A DNA stretch of 64,000 nt from an uncultured delta proteobacterium (GCA_963826785.1 CAWGYD010000006.1:192001-256000); one strand, 5' to 3'. Numbered from the stretch's first letter, positions 1-9,654 are shown. Notes: a model not told the origin generated them from the sequence alone. Numbers and translations are program-made.

Positions 1-1
1 A

Positions 2-463
2 AACAATGTGGTGCTGGATGTAAACGGCAAAAAGGAAAAGCTGACCGTAGAGGAAGAGGTTATTTCCCGCCAAAGCAGCCCCGTATCGGCAAAGATACTT
101 CCGTCGCCCGCGCCCCGATTCTCCTCGGGGGCGCAGATTGCGCTCAAGCGCTCACAGATCGACGATGCCCTCAAAAATATCAATCAACTCATGAGCGAGG
201 TTAAAATCAGGCCGAATTTTGAAGACGGCAAACCCGCCGGATTTATCGTGTCGAATATCGCCCCCAAATCGGTGGTCCGGGACATGGGCATCAAGAGCGG
301 CGACATCGTGACCAGTGTCAACGGCAGGCAGATTCAATCCGCAGATGACGCCATGTCGTTCTATGAAAGCCTCAGATCCGGCGACCGGCTGTCCATTCAG
401 CTGAAAAGGCGCGGCCGGCCCCAAACCATTGAATACACCCTTGAAGGCGAGATGCCGAAATGA
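2..463 (+). CDS. gspC: Type II secretion system protein C, C-terminal PDZ part (5'-truncated by the window edge)
   Basis: Frame is open from the window start; RPNFEDGKPAGFIVSNI...GIKSGDIVTSVNG is typical of the GspC PDZ domain. Confidence 0.8.
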   Translation, partial: NNVVLDVNGKKEKLTVEEEVISRQSSPVSAKILPSPAPRFSSGAQIALKRSQIDDALKNINQLMSEVKIRPNFEDGKPAGFIVSNIAPKSVVRDMGIKSGDIVTSVNGRQIQSADDAMSFYESLRSGDRLSIQLKRRGRPQTIEYTLEGEMPK

Positions 464-1242
464 CGAAAGCATTCCTTTTAATCCTCAGCCTGACCGTGCT
501 GATCTGCCTGGCAGCACCGCTGAACGCGCTTCCCCTGGTGGACGTCGAAGTCGCTGTCGGCGCCTGGCGGCAGTCGCCCAGCGGCGTGGTCTCCTATAAA
601 TCCGATGACGAGTTCGACCTCGAGGATACCCTGGGCTACGACGATGAAACCGCATTTTTCGGGCGCCTGAAGATCGAGCTTCCCTTTCCCGTGCCCAGCA
701 TCTACCTGATGTACTCCCCCCTGAAGTTCGAAGCGACCAGCGTCACCGATGGTTTTTACGACTTCGGCGGCATCACGGTGGTGCCGGGGATTCCTTTCTA
801 TTCAAAGCTTTCCGCCGATCAGTATGACATCGGCCTCTATTACCGAATCCCCCTGCTGAAGCAGGCCTCCTTCAACCGCCTCAACATTGAACTGGGGATC
901 AACACGAAAATCATCGATGCAGAAGCCGAAGTGGTCCAGGACACATTTGCCCCCATTTACGTGCTCCGGGAAACCGAGCAGGATACCCTGGCGGTGCCCA
1001 TGGCCTACCTGGGCGCCCAGTTCCGCCCGCTGCAGCGGCTCTCCCTCGAAGGGGAATTCCGGGGGCTATCCTGGAGCGACAGCAGTTTCTACAGCTTCAT
1101 CGGCCGGGTGAAGGCCGATATCTGGGGGCCCCTGTTCGCGGCCGGCGGATATCGATTCGACACCGGCGACTCCACCGAATGGGCCCTTAAATTCGATGCT
1201 GATTTCCAGGGCCCTTTTATCGAGACCGGATTCCACTTCTGA
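460..1242 (+). CDS. Outer-membrane beta-barrel protein (TIGR04219-like)
   Basis: Signal peptide, alternating beta-strand pattern, C-terminal ...GPFIETGFHF with terminal Phe; ATGA overlap with gspC. Confidence 0.7.
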   Translation: MTKAFLLILSLTVLICLAAPLNALPLVDVEVAVGAWRQSPSGVVSYKSDDEFDLEDTLGYDDETAFFGRLKIELPFPVPSIYLMYSPLKFEATSVTDGFYDFGGITVVPGIPFYSKLSADQYDIGLYYRIPLLKQASFNRLNIELGINTKIIDAEAEVVQDTFAPIYVLRETEQDTLAVPMAYLGAQFRPLQRLSLEGEFRGLSWSDSSFYSFIGRVKADIWGPLFAAGGYRFDTGDSTEWALKFDADFQGPFIETGFHF

Positions 1243-1463
1243 TAAGCACATTCTTTGATACGGGGCCGCCCTGCTTTGATCCAGAGAGGGGCGAAATGCC
1301 GACCATTTCAGATTCTCCTGCCGGGCCAAATCCATTAACCCGCCTGTGTTTGCCGAAATGATACCTGTAATGAGATGATAGATCTGTTTGAAACCGCCCG
1401 GATTGTCTTTAAGCTTAAAGAACAAGGGATGGCCGGAAAAACGTTTCAAAGGATTTTTCGAAT

Positions 1464-2975
1464 ATGGCCCCAAAACAGTCCAGCCCGTTTGACGCCATCG
1501 TCGTCGGCTCCGGCTTTGGCGGATCGGTTTGCGCCGCCCGCCTGGCGGAAAAAGGGATGCGGGTGCTCATCCTGGAGCGCGGCCCGTGGTGGGGCCCCCT
1601 CAACCGAAAATTTCCGGCCAGAGACCGCCGGGAATTTCCCCGGGGGTTTTTCGGCGCCCGCAAGCTGGTGCGCAATATGCGAATCGCCGGCACCCGGCGG
1701 CGTGCCGAATGGCTGATCAACCATGACGGCCTGCTTGAAAACCACGTCTTTGAACACCTGAACGCCCTTACCGCAAGCGGGGTGGGCGGCGGCTCCCACA
1801 TCTACACGAACATTCTGGAGGCGCCCCCGGCGGAATTCTTTGCGGCCTATCCGGAAGAGATCACAGAAGCGGAAATGCGGCCCTATTTTGACCGTGTGCG
1901 GCAGATGCTCCGGCCGGCCCCGGTTCCCGAGGCGCTGGAGCGGCAGCGGGTGTTCGCAGAAGCGGTGGATGCGGCCGGATTGCCGGCTGCAAAATACCCG
2001 GACCTGGCCATCGCCTGGGGAAAGGATCCTGAAAAACCGGAAAAAGTCATCAATGCGGCCGGCGTGGAGCAGTCCACATCCACCTACCGGTGCGATGTCT
2101 TTGTGGGCTGCGAAGACGGATCCAAAACCACCCTCGACCTCACCTATGTTCCCATTGCCCTGCGCCACGGGGCAAAGCTGCGCCCCCTGTGCGAAGTGCT
2201 GTCCATCGGGGGCCACCGCAACTACTGGGTGCATTACCGCGATTACCGCAGCAAAGAGGAGCACTTCGAATCGGCCCCGAGGCTGATCCTGGCCGCCGGC
2301 GGTCTCAATACCCAGCGGCTGCTGTTCCAGGCCCGGGATTCCGCCCGCACCATGGCGAACCTGCCAAAGACCCTCGGGCACCATTTCTCCCCCAACGCCG
2401 ATTTCGTGGCCCTGCTGTGGAAAACCAGCACCATCCGGGATTCTTCCCGCGGCCCGGCCGTGGGGGCGCTCACCCGCACCGGCAGCGTCCATTCCAGAAA
2501 CTTTGACATGGGCGAGCTGGGGCTGCCGGTCGATGCATTGACGCTGCCGGAGTTCATGCGCCAATGGCTTCGGCACTCGGCATTTCTCTTTTGCATGGGC
2601 CAGGATGTTGCCACCGGAAGAATGGGGTTTGACGGAAAAGGCCTGGTCACCTCCATGGGACGGTCTTTTGACAGGCAAATCTACGATGAAATGGAATCGT
2701 CGGTTGCACTCGTGGCCGGCCACTACAAGGCCCGGCGGCTGGTTCCTAATTTTCTTTCGGGCAGGGGACCGGAAGGGCTCTTCACCGTCCATCCCCTGGG
2801 CGGCTGCTCCATGGGCGCAAGCCCTGAAACAGGATTTACCAACCACATGGGCGAGGTATTCGGCCATCCCGGGCTTTACGTCGCCGACGGCTCGCTCTAT
2901 CCCAGATCCCCCGGGATCGCCCCCAGCATGACCATCGCCGCCCTTGCCGAACGCCAGGCCAACCTGATGGAATAA
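1464..2975 (+). CDS. GMC-family FAD oxidoreductase (cholesterol-oxidase-like)
   Basis: IVVGSGFGGS FAD motif, GVGGGS, TVHPLGGC, LYVADGS...PSMTIAALAER. Confidence 0.85.
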   Translation: MAPKQSSPFDAIVVGSGFGGSVCAARLAEKGMRVLILERGPWWGPLNRKFPARDRREFPRGFFGARKLVRNMRIAGTRRRAEWLINHDGLLENHVFEHLNALTASGVGGGSHIYTNILEAPPAEFFAAYPEEITEAEMRPYFDRVRQMLRPAPVPEALERQRVFAEAVDAAGLPAAKYPDLAIAWGKDPEKPEKVINAAGVEQSTSTYRCDVFVGCEDGSKTTLDLTYVPIALRHGAKLRPLCEVLSIGGHRNYWVHYRDYRSKEEHFESAPRLILAAGGLNTQRLLFQARDSARTMANLPKTLGHHFSPNADFVALLWKTSTIRDSSRGPAVGALTRTGSVHSRNFDMGELGLPVDALTLPEFMRQWLRHSAFLFCMGQDVATGRMGFDGKGLVTSMGRSFDRQIYDEMESSVALVAGHYKARRLVPNFLSGRGPEGLFTVHPLGGCSMGASPETGFTNHMGEVFGHPGLYVADGSLYPRSPGIAPSMTIAALAERQANLME

Positions 2976-3101
2976 AGAAGTTCACAGCGGTCATCGCAAA
3001 CAGACGCCTGGCAAGGATCTGCGCGAATTTCGAGGGGCCCCATTATCATTTCCGCCGTGAGTGGAACCCACAACCGATTCCCCCCCGTGAGTGGAACCCA
3101 C

Positions 3102-3184
3102 GACACCCCCCAGCCCCCCTCGAGGGGGGAATTTTAATTAAAAATTATTAGTTAATCCCCCCTTGAGGGGGGCAGGGGGGTGTC
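3102..3184. repeat. REP-like inverted doublet (ACACCCCCC..CCCCCCTCGAGGGGGGAAT family) with AT-rich spacer, between convergent genes
   Basis: gacaccccccagcccccctcgaggggggaatt ... aatccccccttgaggggggcaggggggtgtc; related copies at 8635, 9655, 9820/10245 and 35038. Confidence 0.8.
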
Positions 3185-4429
3185 CCTCCCACCCAAGAAC
3201 CCCAAATCAAAACCCACCACCCCCGCCCCTACAACGTCCCGCTTCAAAAACTGCTTCGCCATAGCCCGCGCTTCCTCGAATTTTTCCCCTTCCAGTTCCG
3301 CGGCCACATCTTCCAGCAAATCCGGAATGGCAAGCCCCTGGGGGCATTTCTCCAGGCATTCCCCGCACTGGACGCACTGGGAGGCCAGGCCGGGCTCATC
3401 ATAGAGGACGGCCCCCAGGCGGGCGGCATAGCTGAACAGTGCGCTTTGCGCATCCTTGAACATATGCAGGTTGTTGTACACCTCAAAGCAGGTGGGGATG
3501 TCCACACCGGAAGGACAGGGGGCGCAGTATCCGCAGCCGGTGCAGCCCACTTTCAGCAGCTCCCGGTATTTCTGTGCCACCCGGTCCACCAGTTCAAGCT
3601 CGCGGGCCGAAAGCGAATCGGGCCGGGCCTGGGCCGCGACCGCCAGGTTCTCCTCCACATGGGCTTCTTCATTCATCCCGGACAGCACCAGGGTGACCTC
3701 CGGATGGTTCCACACCCACCGCAGGGCCCATTCAGCCGGCGTGCGCGGATGTTTCGCCTCCTCCCACAGGGCCGCCACCGGCTCCGGGGGCGTGGGCCGG
3801 CTCAGAAGCCCGCCCCGCAGCGGCTCCATGATGATCACGGCCAGGTCCCTTTCCGCGGCATACTGCAGCCCCTCCGTGCCGGCCTGGTTTTGCGTATCCA
3901 GAAAGTTGTACTGAATCTGGCAGAACTCCCAGGGCCGTCCATCCACGATCCGCTTGAAATCCGGCAGCCGGCCATGAAAGGAAAACCCGGCATTTCTGAT
4001 CCGCCCGTCCGCCATGGCCCGGTCCAGAAACTCCATCGCCCCGAACTGTTCAAGCCGGTCCCACAGCGGCCCGTTGAGGCCGTGGAGCAGGTAATAGTCG
4101 ATGTGGTCCGTGGCCAGCCGATCCAGCTGCGCATCCAGGTATTTGTCCATGTCCGCCCGGCTGGTGATGAGCCAGGAAGGCAGCTTGGTGGCGATCCGCA
4201 CCTTCTCCCGGTACCCGCCGGCCAGGGCCCGCCCCACAAAGGGCTCGCTCGCCCCGGCATGGTAAGGCCACGCGGTGTCCAGGTAATTCACGCCGTGGTC
4301 AATGGCATGGCGGACCTGCGCGCCCGCCCGCTCCTCATCGATCTTCCCGTCCTTCATGGCCAGGCGCATGCACCCGAACCCCAGAATGGAAAGTTCATCT
4401 CCGGTTTTGGGGACTTTTTTGTAGAGCAT
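3152..4429 (-). CDS. Aldo/keto reductase with C-terminal 4Fe-4S dicluster domain; C-terminus reads into the REP-like repeat
   Basis: LSILGFGCMRL, YLDTAWPYH, CTGCGYCAPC and CVQCGECLEKC motifs. Confidence 0.9.
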   Translation of the reverse strand: MLYKKVPKTGDELSILGFGCMRLAMKDGKIDEERAGAQVRHAIDHGVNYLDTAWPYHAGASEPFVGRALAGGYREKVRIATKLPSWLITSRADMDKYLDAQLDRLATDHIDYYLLHGLNGPLWDRLEQFGAMEFLDRAMADGRIRNAGFSFHGRLPDFKRIVDGRPWEFCQIQYNFLDTQNQAGTEGLQYAAERDLAVIIMEPLRGGLLSRPTPPEPVAALWEEAKHPRTPAEWALRWVWNHPEVTLVLSGMNEEAHVEENLAVAAQARPDSLSARELELVDRVAQKYRELLKVGCTGCGYCAPCPSGVDIPTCFEVYNNLHMFKDAQSALFSYAARLGAVLYDEPGLASQCVQCGECLEKCPQGLAIPDLLEDVAAELEGEKFEEARAMAKQFLKRDVVGAGVVGFDLGFLGGRDTPLPPSRGD

Positions 4430-4465
4430 GGAAATTCTCCGGTTTAGAAAAATTGTAAAATATAA

Positions 4466-4540
4466 AGCGTTCCTGAAATTTGGGGCTTAATTCGCTTTTT
4501 TTCAACACCCTGTCCATCTTCGCCCAATTTCAGGAACTCT
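4466..4540. repeat. Short inverted-repeat element (MITE-like remnant)
   Basis: AGCGTTCCTGAAATTTGGG ... CCCAATTTCAGGAACTCT; internal TTTTTCAACACCCTG resembles an IS end. Confidence 0.45.
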
Positions 4541-4652
4541 TCCGTCGTGGTCCGCCAAGGGTTCCGTTTTTGTTTGTCTGAAGATTCCAATTCGTATATG
4601 ACAAGACGTATCAAAAATTCTGGAACAACTCAAAACAAAGGGCCGAACAAGG

Positions 4653-5531
4653 ATGAATGGAGTTCAGATAAACGAAATACTGGATGCATTTAAAAACAAT
4701 GATGGCATTTACAAAAAGGCCGAGGTCGACGCCGCAATCTCTTTAAAAGACGAAATCACCCCGCACCTGATCCGGATACTGGAAAACGTGCTGGCCCATC
4801 CGGAAACCTCTGCGGAAGACGATAATGCATTCGATCACATCTATGCATTTATGCTTCTGGGCCATTTCAGGGAAACCGCAGCGCATCGGGTCATCATCGA
4901 TCTGTTCAGCCTGCCGGACGACATGCCAGGCAAATTGTTCGGGGATCTCGGAACGGGTTATCTGCCGAACATACTGCCGGCAACCTGCGGCGGATCATTA
5001 GAACAAATCAAGAAACTGGCCGAAAACCGGAACGCGAATGTCTATATCCGGGCCAGCGCGCTTCAAGCCCTGACCTATGCCACTGCGGCCGGCATGGCAG
5101 ACCGCATGGATATTCTTTCCTATTATGAAAGCCTGTTCACCGGCGACGAAGCCGATAGGGATTCTGATTTCTGGAGCTTTATGGCTATGTATGCCCATGA
5201 TCTCCATCCGATTGAAATCATGGATTCCATCGATCGCGCCTATGAGCAGGGATTGATCTTTTCTGGAATGATCGCGCCTGAAGATTTCAAGAAAGCTGAG
5301 GCCAGAAATTCGGAAGAGTGCATGGAGCGGCTGAAAGAAGAATATGAAGAGTTCTTTGGGGACATTCACGATATCATGGGGCGATGGTCATTTTTCGGCG
5401 GCAATGCTGGATCATGGGAACCCACTCTGTCGGCAAATCCCCGACAATTTAACAAACCCGCCAAGAAGAAAAAAGCGGACAAAAAAAAGCGGAAAATGGC
5501 CAAATCTTCAAAACGGAAAAACCGCAGATAG
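4653..5531 (+). CDS. DUF1186-like protein with a basic C-terminal tail
   Basis: EITPHLIRILE...HIYAFMLLGHFRE...YIRASALQAL pattern; tail KKKKADKKKRKMAKSSKRKNRR. Confidence 0.65.
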   Translation: MNGVQINEILDAFKNNDGIYKKAEVDAAISLKDEITPHLIRILENVLAHPETSAEDDNAFDHIYAFMLLGHFRETAAHRVIIDLFSLPDDMPGKLFGDLGTGYLPNILPATCGGSLEQIKKLAENRNANVYIRASALQALTYATAAGMADRMDILSYYESLFTGDEADRDSDFWSFMAMYAHDLHPIEIMDSIDRAYEQGLIFSGMIAPEDFKKAEARNSEECMERLKEEYEEFFGDIHDIMGRWSFFGGNAGSWEPTLSANPRQFNKPAKKKKADKKKRKMAKSSKRKNRR

Positions 5532-5554
5532 GCGTTTGCTGGCTCTCTCGCATG

Positions 5555-5794
5555 GCGGCCACCGCCTCCGGAGGTGTGAGCCTGGCTCAGCAGCCCGCCC
5601 GCAAAGGGCTCGCTCGCCCCGGCATGGTAAGGCCACGCGGTGTCCAGGTAATTCACGCCATGGCCAATGGCATGGCGGACCTGCGCGCCCGCCCGCTCCT
5701 CATCGATCTTCCCGTCCTTCATGGTCAGGCGCATGCACCCGAACCCCAGAATGGAAAGTTCATCGCCGGTTTTGAGAATTTTTCGGTACAACAT
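5555..5794 (-). pseudogene. Internally deleted duplicate of the aldo/keto reductase gene
   Basis: About 5602-5794 is nearly identical to 4237-4429. It is joined directly to a segment resembling 3770-3815 (GGLLS), after which homology is lost. Confidence 0.85.
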
Positions 5795-5811
5795 CGGATT
5801 TCTCTTCATAT

Positions 5812-6594
5812 TTAAAATTTCGAAAATCGTACATTTCGATGATATGTCAAAAATTCAGTATCGGGCAAAAACCGATAAGGAAGTTTGATTTGTTTGTTTT
5901 CATAGGCCAAAAAATAGCTCTCAACAACCGCTTTGTCCATGTCCTCTTTAAGCCTTTTCGAAACAAGAAGATTGTAATCATTGGTAAGACTGATCAAACC
6001 TTTGTCGAAGGCTTTATCATGAAGCGCATTTAGGCATAATCCATTCCTCGGATTCAATCTGTTTTTTTCGTCTTCCGCCCATGATTTTATATGGCTCGCG
6101 ATTAACAACTCCGGAACAGAAATTCCTGTAATACAGCATTTGAAAGAATAGGCAGAAAGAATATTTTTTCGAAAAAAGGCTTGATTTACTCTTGCCTTGA
6201 CAATTGTTTCACGGTCTAATCCCTGAGTAGGAAGATCATCAATACAAATTTCTGCTGATTTCTCTAAAGATTCATTTCGATATTCAGCCATCAACTTTTC
6301 GCTCTCAAACCCAAGTTCTTCCCAGTTCTCATAAAATTCATTCCAAATTTTCCTATCCATTTTACTGCAATTCTTTGCCCCTGAAATTCCTCTTGCTTGC
6401 AAAGAAGGATCTAAACTTGCAAAATTACAGAGCTTCCAAGAAACAGCGGATGGAGTTCTATCGATCATTTTCGCTAATCCAATTATTTCAGGATTTCGAT
6501 GATCGATCTTTCCAAAAGGAATCTTGCAATACTGATTTATTGCAAGAATGAGTTCATTTCTTGTCCAAAGAGACTTGGCCATAGATTTGCTCAT
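5812..6594 (-). CDS. HNH endonuclease (COG3440/McrA-like putative modification-dependent restriction enzyme)
   Basis: RVNQAFFRKNILSAYSFKCCITG...ASHIKSW...NGLCLNALHDKAFDKG; visibly AT-rich relative to its flanks. Confidence 0.85.
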   Translation of the reverse strand: MSKSMAKSLWTRNELILAINQYCKIPFGKIDHRNPEIIGLAKMIDRTPSAVSWKLCNFASLDPSLQARGISGAKNCSKMDRKIWNEFYENWEELGFESEKLMAEYRNESLEKSAEICIDDLPTQGLDRETIVKARVNQAFFRKNILSAYSFKCCITGISVPELLIASHIKSWAEDEKNRLNPRNGLCLNALHDKAFDKGLISLTNDYNLLVSKRLKEDMDKAVVESYFLAYENKQIKLPYRFLPDTEFLTYHRNVRFSKF

Positions 6595-7562
6595 TTCGAA
6601 AATGTGGTTTTCCTATGCCATTCCAGATTTTCCTGCGCCGGCCAGAAGGATTGATCCGCCGGCCGGAAGATGGTTCTGTCGGACAGGGTCAGAATATGTC
6701 CAGGGTAGTTCTTTTCAGTTTTCACCAGCTTTGAAACCATCACCTCATAATTGTTGCCGACGCTCATCAGGCCTTCATCGAAGGACCAGTGGCATAGCCT
6801 GCACAGGGACATGCCATTTGTCGGCAGGTCATCATAGCTTTCACTCCACGGCTTTACATGTGCCGCCTCAACAACCGTATGGCCTTCGGGCGTGAGCATG
6901 CGGATGCCGCAGAGGGCGCACCGGTGTTCATAGAGCATGACCACCGCTTTGCGGAACCCCTGATCCCTTATTTTTCTGTCCCGCGTGTCCTCTTTCCGCT
7001 CGGCTTCAAACGGGATGACTTTCTCTGAAACCTTCAGCAGATTCTGACTGTATTCATATGCTTTGATATTTACGTACCCGCATTCTGCCACCGCCGGCCG
7101 AATCTGCTCGGCAAAATGATGGTTGATGACGGCAGCCCTCAGCTGCTCCCGTGTTTCCATATGGCTAAACAGCAGGAATAGCTTTTCATCGAGCCGCGCA
7201 CCTGCGGATACTTCCCTGAGTTTTTTCATGGAGGTGATGGACTGGATGTCTATGCGGCCCTTGAAGTCCGGATTCGAAACCAGGGTAAGAATGCCGTCAT
7301 TTTGGAGGCGTGGAAACGGGTAGGCCATATTGCCGGTCGTGCCCAGCGGCATGATGGCCTGCCAGTAGAGATTGAATGTCTCTACGAGTTCGAGCGAGGG
7401 CTCAATAAAATTTTCTGTAATCAGGCCTTCCGCAAAATGGTCCATGACGGAAAGCAGCAGGAATGGCTTGTGCGGCGCCTGATAGCACGTCAGCGCGGAC
7501 CATTTGCTGCGGTTCTTGTCCGTCCGCAGACGGGTCAATTTTCGGGCGAATTCTTCGAGCAT
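6591..7562 (-). CDS. SBD-HNH endonuclease, probable phosphorothioate-DNA-dependent restriction enzyme
   Basis: N-terminal APHKPFLLL and YPFPRLQNDG (sulfur-binding-domain-like); C-terminal RDQGFRKAV...CALCG...AAHVKPW...CRLCHWSFDEG. Confidence 0.75.
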   Translation of the reverse strand: MLEEFARKLTRLRTDKNRSKWSALTCYQAPHKPFLLLSVMDHFAEGLITENFIEPSLELVETFNLYWQAIMPLGTTGNMAYPFPRLQNDGILTLVSNPDFKGRIDIQSITSMKKLREVSAGARLDEKLFLLFSHMETREQLRAAVINHHFAEQIRPAVAECGYVNIKAYEYSQNLLKVSEKVIPFEAERKEDTRDRKIRDQGFRKAVVMLYEHRCALCGIRMLTPEGHTVVEAAHVKPWSESYDDLPTNGMSLCRLCHWSFDEGLMSVGNNYEVMVSKLVKTEKNYPGHILTLSDRTIFRPADQSFWPAQENLEWHRKTTFSK

Positions 7563-7578
7563 AGGGCCGCCACTCTTT

Positions 7579-8604
7579 TCAACTGAACATCATGATTTTT
7601 TTTCGCAGCTCAGCCGCCAGGCCACTGTAAACCGTCTCATTATAAATATCCAGTACCATTCGCTGATACGCCTTCACCGCCTCCTGGAAGCGAAACCATT
7701 TTGAATTTTTGTAATTTGCGGGGGAGCGCCATTCAAGGCGTATTTCATTAGGCAGATCGTAATTCAATACTTCTTTTTCTACGATGACTTCCGTCTGCCA
7801 TTGGGCCAGGCTGAAATCCGGGAGTTTTCGGCCGTTGTATTCCGGCCGCTGTGCCAGCAGGCCGTATTGCCGGATGCGGCCTTGTCTGCCCGTGTTCCAC
7901 GGGTTTTCCCGGGCCGGGCCGAAGGCCGTGGAAAAATCGCTCAGCATGGCATCGCGCTCCGCCGGGACCGGCGCTTTGTCCAGCACCGAGCAGAATTTAT
8001 CATAGAGGCGCCCGGCGGCAGACAGAAACCGCTCGTTGTTGCTGATGGTCCGGCTGCCGGGCATCAGGCGCGGGTCGGTCCAGATGTGGGCCGGCCGGTC
8101 CGGGTTTGTTTTGGCGTCCGCATGGCCGATGCTGGGAATGAGGTGATTGACAAAGCCCTCCAGGTCATTGAACGCATCCCAATATCCGACAAAGTTCTGG
8201 TGGGACCAGGTGTCCGCATAGGCGTGGGAGGCGATGCCGATCTGCATCAGGTCCCCGGTTGCAGCCGCCGCATCAAAGCATTGGTTGGCCAGCGGGCTGT
8301 CCGGGGTGGTGTTCAGGGGATGGGTCCGGCCATCTGCCCGGGATGCCGGTGGGCTGTCCGGTTCGCCGGGGATGAAATGAAAGACCGGGTAAATGCGCAT
8401 CCGGCTGTAACGGGGTTTGAGCAGGTTCATGGTCTGGCTGACGTAGTTGGCATAGTGGTGCGGCGTGCCGGGGTCGATGTCCAGGATATGGGTGTTTTCA
8501 TCCACCGCCTGGCAGGACCGGGCGATGGTGAGGGCATCCTCGAAGGGAAAGCCGGCCCGGGCGGCGGTCAGATAGGTGAGGTGATAATGAAATTCTTTAT
8601 CCAT
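7579..8604 (-). CDS. DUF6765-like protein (possible Zn-dependent phospholipase C/nuclease fold)
   Basis: MDKEFHYHLTY..AARAGF, FHFIPG, GIASHAYADTWSHQNF, IGHADA. Confidence 0.6.
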   Translation of the reverse strand: MDKEFHYHLTYLTAARAGFPFEDALTIARSCQAVDENTHILDIDPGTPHHYANYVSQTMNLLKPRYSRMRIYPVFHFIPGEPDSPPASRADGRTHPLNTTPDSPLANQCFDAAAATGDLMQIGIASHAYADTWSHQNFVGYWDAFNDLEGFVNHLIPSIGHADAKTNPDRPAHIWTDPRLMPGSRTISNNERFLSAAGRLYDKFCSVLDKAPVPAERDAMLSDFSTAFGPARENPWNTGRQGRIRQYGLLAQRPEYNGRKLPDFSLAQWQTEVIVEKEVLNYDLPNEIRLEWRSPANYKNSKWFRFQEAVKAYQRMVLDIYNETVYSGLAAELRKKIMMFS

Positions 8605-8616
8605 GTGAATGGTTTC

Positions 8617-9447
8617 TCAACGTGCGCTTCTTGTACACCCCCCTGGCCCCCCTGAAGGGGGGAATTTAGTAGAGGAACCGCCCCTGAAAAGGAAATTCAG
8701 CGGGGTTGCCCTCAAAGGGGGGCATTGAGGGTTGCCTAAAGAAGAAAGGACATACCCCAGCCAAACATCCTTCGAGTTCATAACCGACTCTCTGCTTGAA
8801 AAATCCGTCACTGCAAAGCGCAGGTTCTTGAAAATCGTTCTCAGCTGTGCATCCTGCCACAGGTAAAATACCCGGCCGGTATCGTCGGTTTTCGTGCCCT
8901 CTCCTTTTTTGATGAACCCGCAAAAAGTCCGAAGTTCGTCACTCCGGTGAAAACCGGACTCTATAACCAACTTAGTTTGTAGTAGATTCCGGCCTCCGCC
9001 GGAATGACGAAAGCGTAAAATCCGACTTTTTACGGCTTCATCTTTTTTCAGCGAGATGTAAAACCAGCCGCCGGGGGAAAGTGCCCGGGCAACATTTTCG
9101 ATGACATGGGCCAGCCGGGCATGGGGCACATGGACAAAGGCGCCGGAGGCCAGAATGGCATCGAAGGAGAGGGCGGCAAAATCAAATGTTTCAAAATCGC
9201 CTTCAATCACTTCGCATCCGGAGTGCTTTCGGGCAAGCGCGGCCAGGCCGGGGGACTTTTCAAAACCGGTGGGGGCAAATCCCCGGTCTTTCATCCACAG
9301 CAGGTCGCGGCCGGATCCGCACCCCACATCGAGGATGGCGGCGCCTTCGGGCAGCGCCCGGACAAAGGGGGAGAGAAAAGAAGACGGATCGACGGAAAAA
9401 GTCCGATCGAAAAAGGATTGAGAATGCCGGTGGTAATAGTCTGCCAT
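8617..9447 (-). CDS. Class I SAM-dependent methyltransferase carrying an in-frame MITE and a REP-derived C-terminal extension
   Basis: ILDVGCGSGRD motif I; ancestral SLKKGEG is interrupted by a 44-aa insert plus a duplicated KK. Confidence 0.85.
   Translation of the reverse strand: MADYYHRHSQSFFDRTFSVDPSSFLSPFVRALPEGAAILDVGCGSGRDLLWMKDRGFAPTGFEKSPGLAALARKHSGCEVIEGDFETFDFAALSFDAILASGAFVHVPHARLAHVIENVARALSPGGWFYISLKKDEAVKSRILRFRHSGGGRNLLQTKLVIESGFHRSDELRTFCGFIKKGEGTKTDDTGRVFYLWQDAQLRTIFKNLRFAVTDFSSRESVMNSKDVWLGYVLSSLGNPQCPPLRATPLNFLFRGGSSTKFPPSGGPGGCTRSAR
8635..8727. repeat. REP-like element within the 3' end of the methyltransferase gene
   Basis: acaccccccctggccccc..gaaggggggaatt, same family as 3102 and 35038. 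Confidence 0.7.
8911..9042. mobile_element. 132-bp MITE, copy 1 (in frame within the methyltransferase)
   Basis: About 22-bp TIRs GATGAA(G/C)CCG(T/C)AAAAAGTC(G/C)GA; flanked by TTTTTT on both sides; reverse complement of 60761-60892 with 3 mismatches. Confidence 0.92.
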
Positions 9448-9654
9448 CTATTTCTGCGGTTATGCGTGAAGAAGGATTTGACTGAATTTTAAAAGAGCAG
9501 GAGAGAAGCGGCCCGGATTTAAACGGGCATCGGTTTGAGCATATGCTTTTCTAAAATTAAATTGACGTGCGCGTCAAGTCATATGTGTGTTTTTGGCGTA
9601 AGGTTGGCTTTGGGATTTGCTGTCTGCGGGCGGGGGAACACTTCCCTGGCCGGG

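Noticed and set aside
3055..3101. 17-bp direct repeat CCGTGAGTGGAACCCAC present twice
   Set aside because: Only two copies, adjacent to a REP unit; probably a local duplication, and I cannot support a function
4237..5794. DGR template/variable repeat pair
   Set aside because: Mismatches are not adenine-specific, the repeat is at the gene 5' end, and there is no reverse transcriptase in the window
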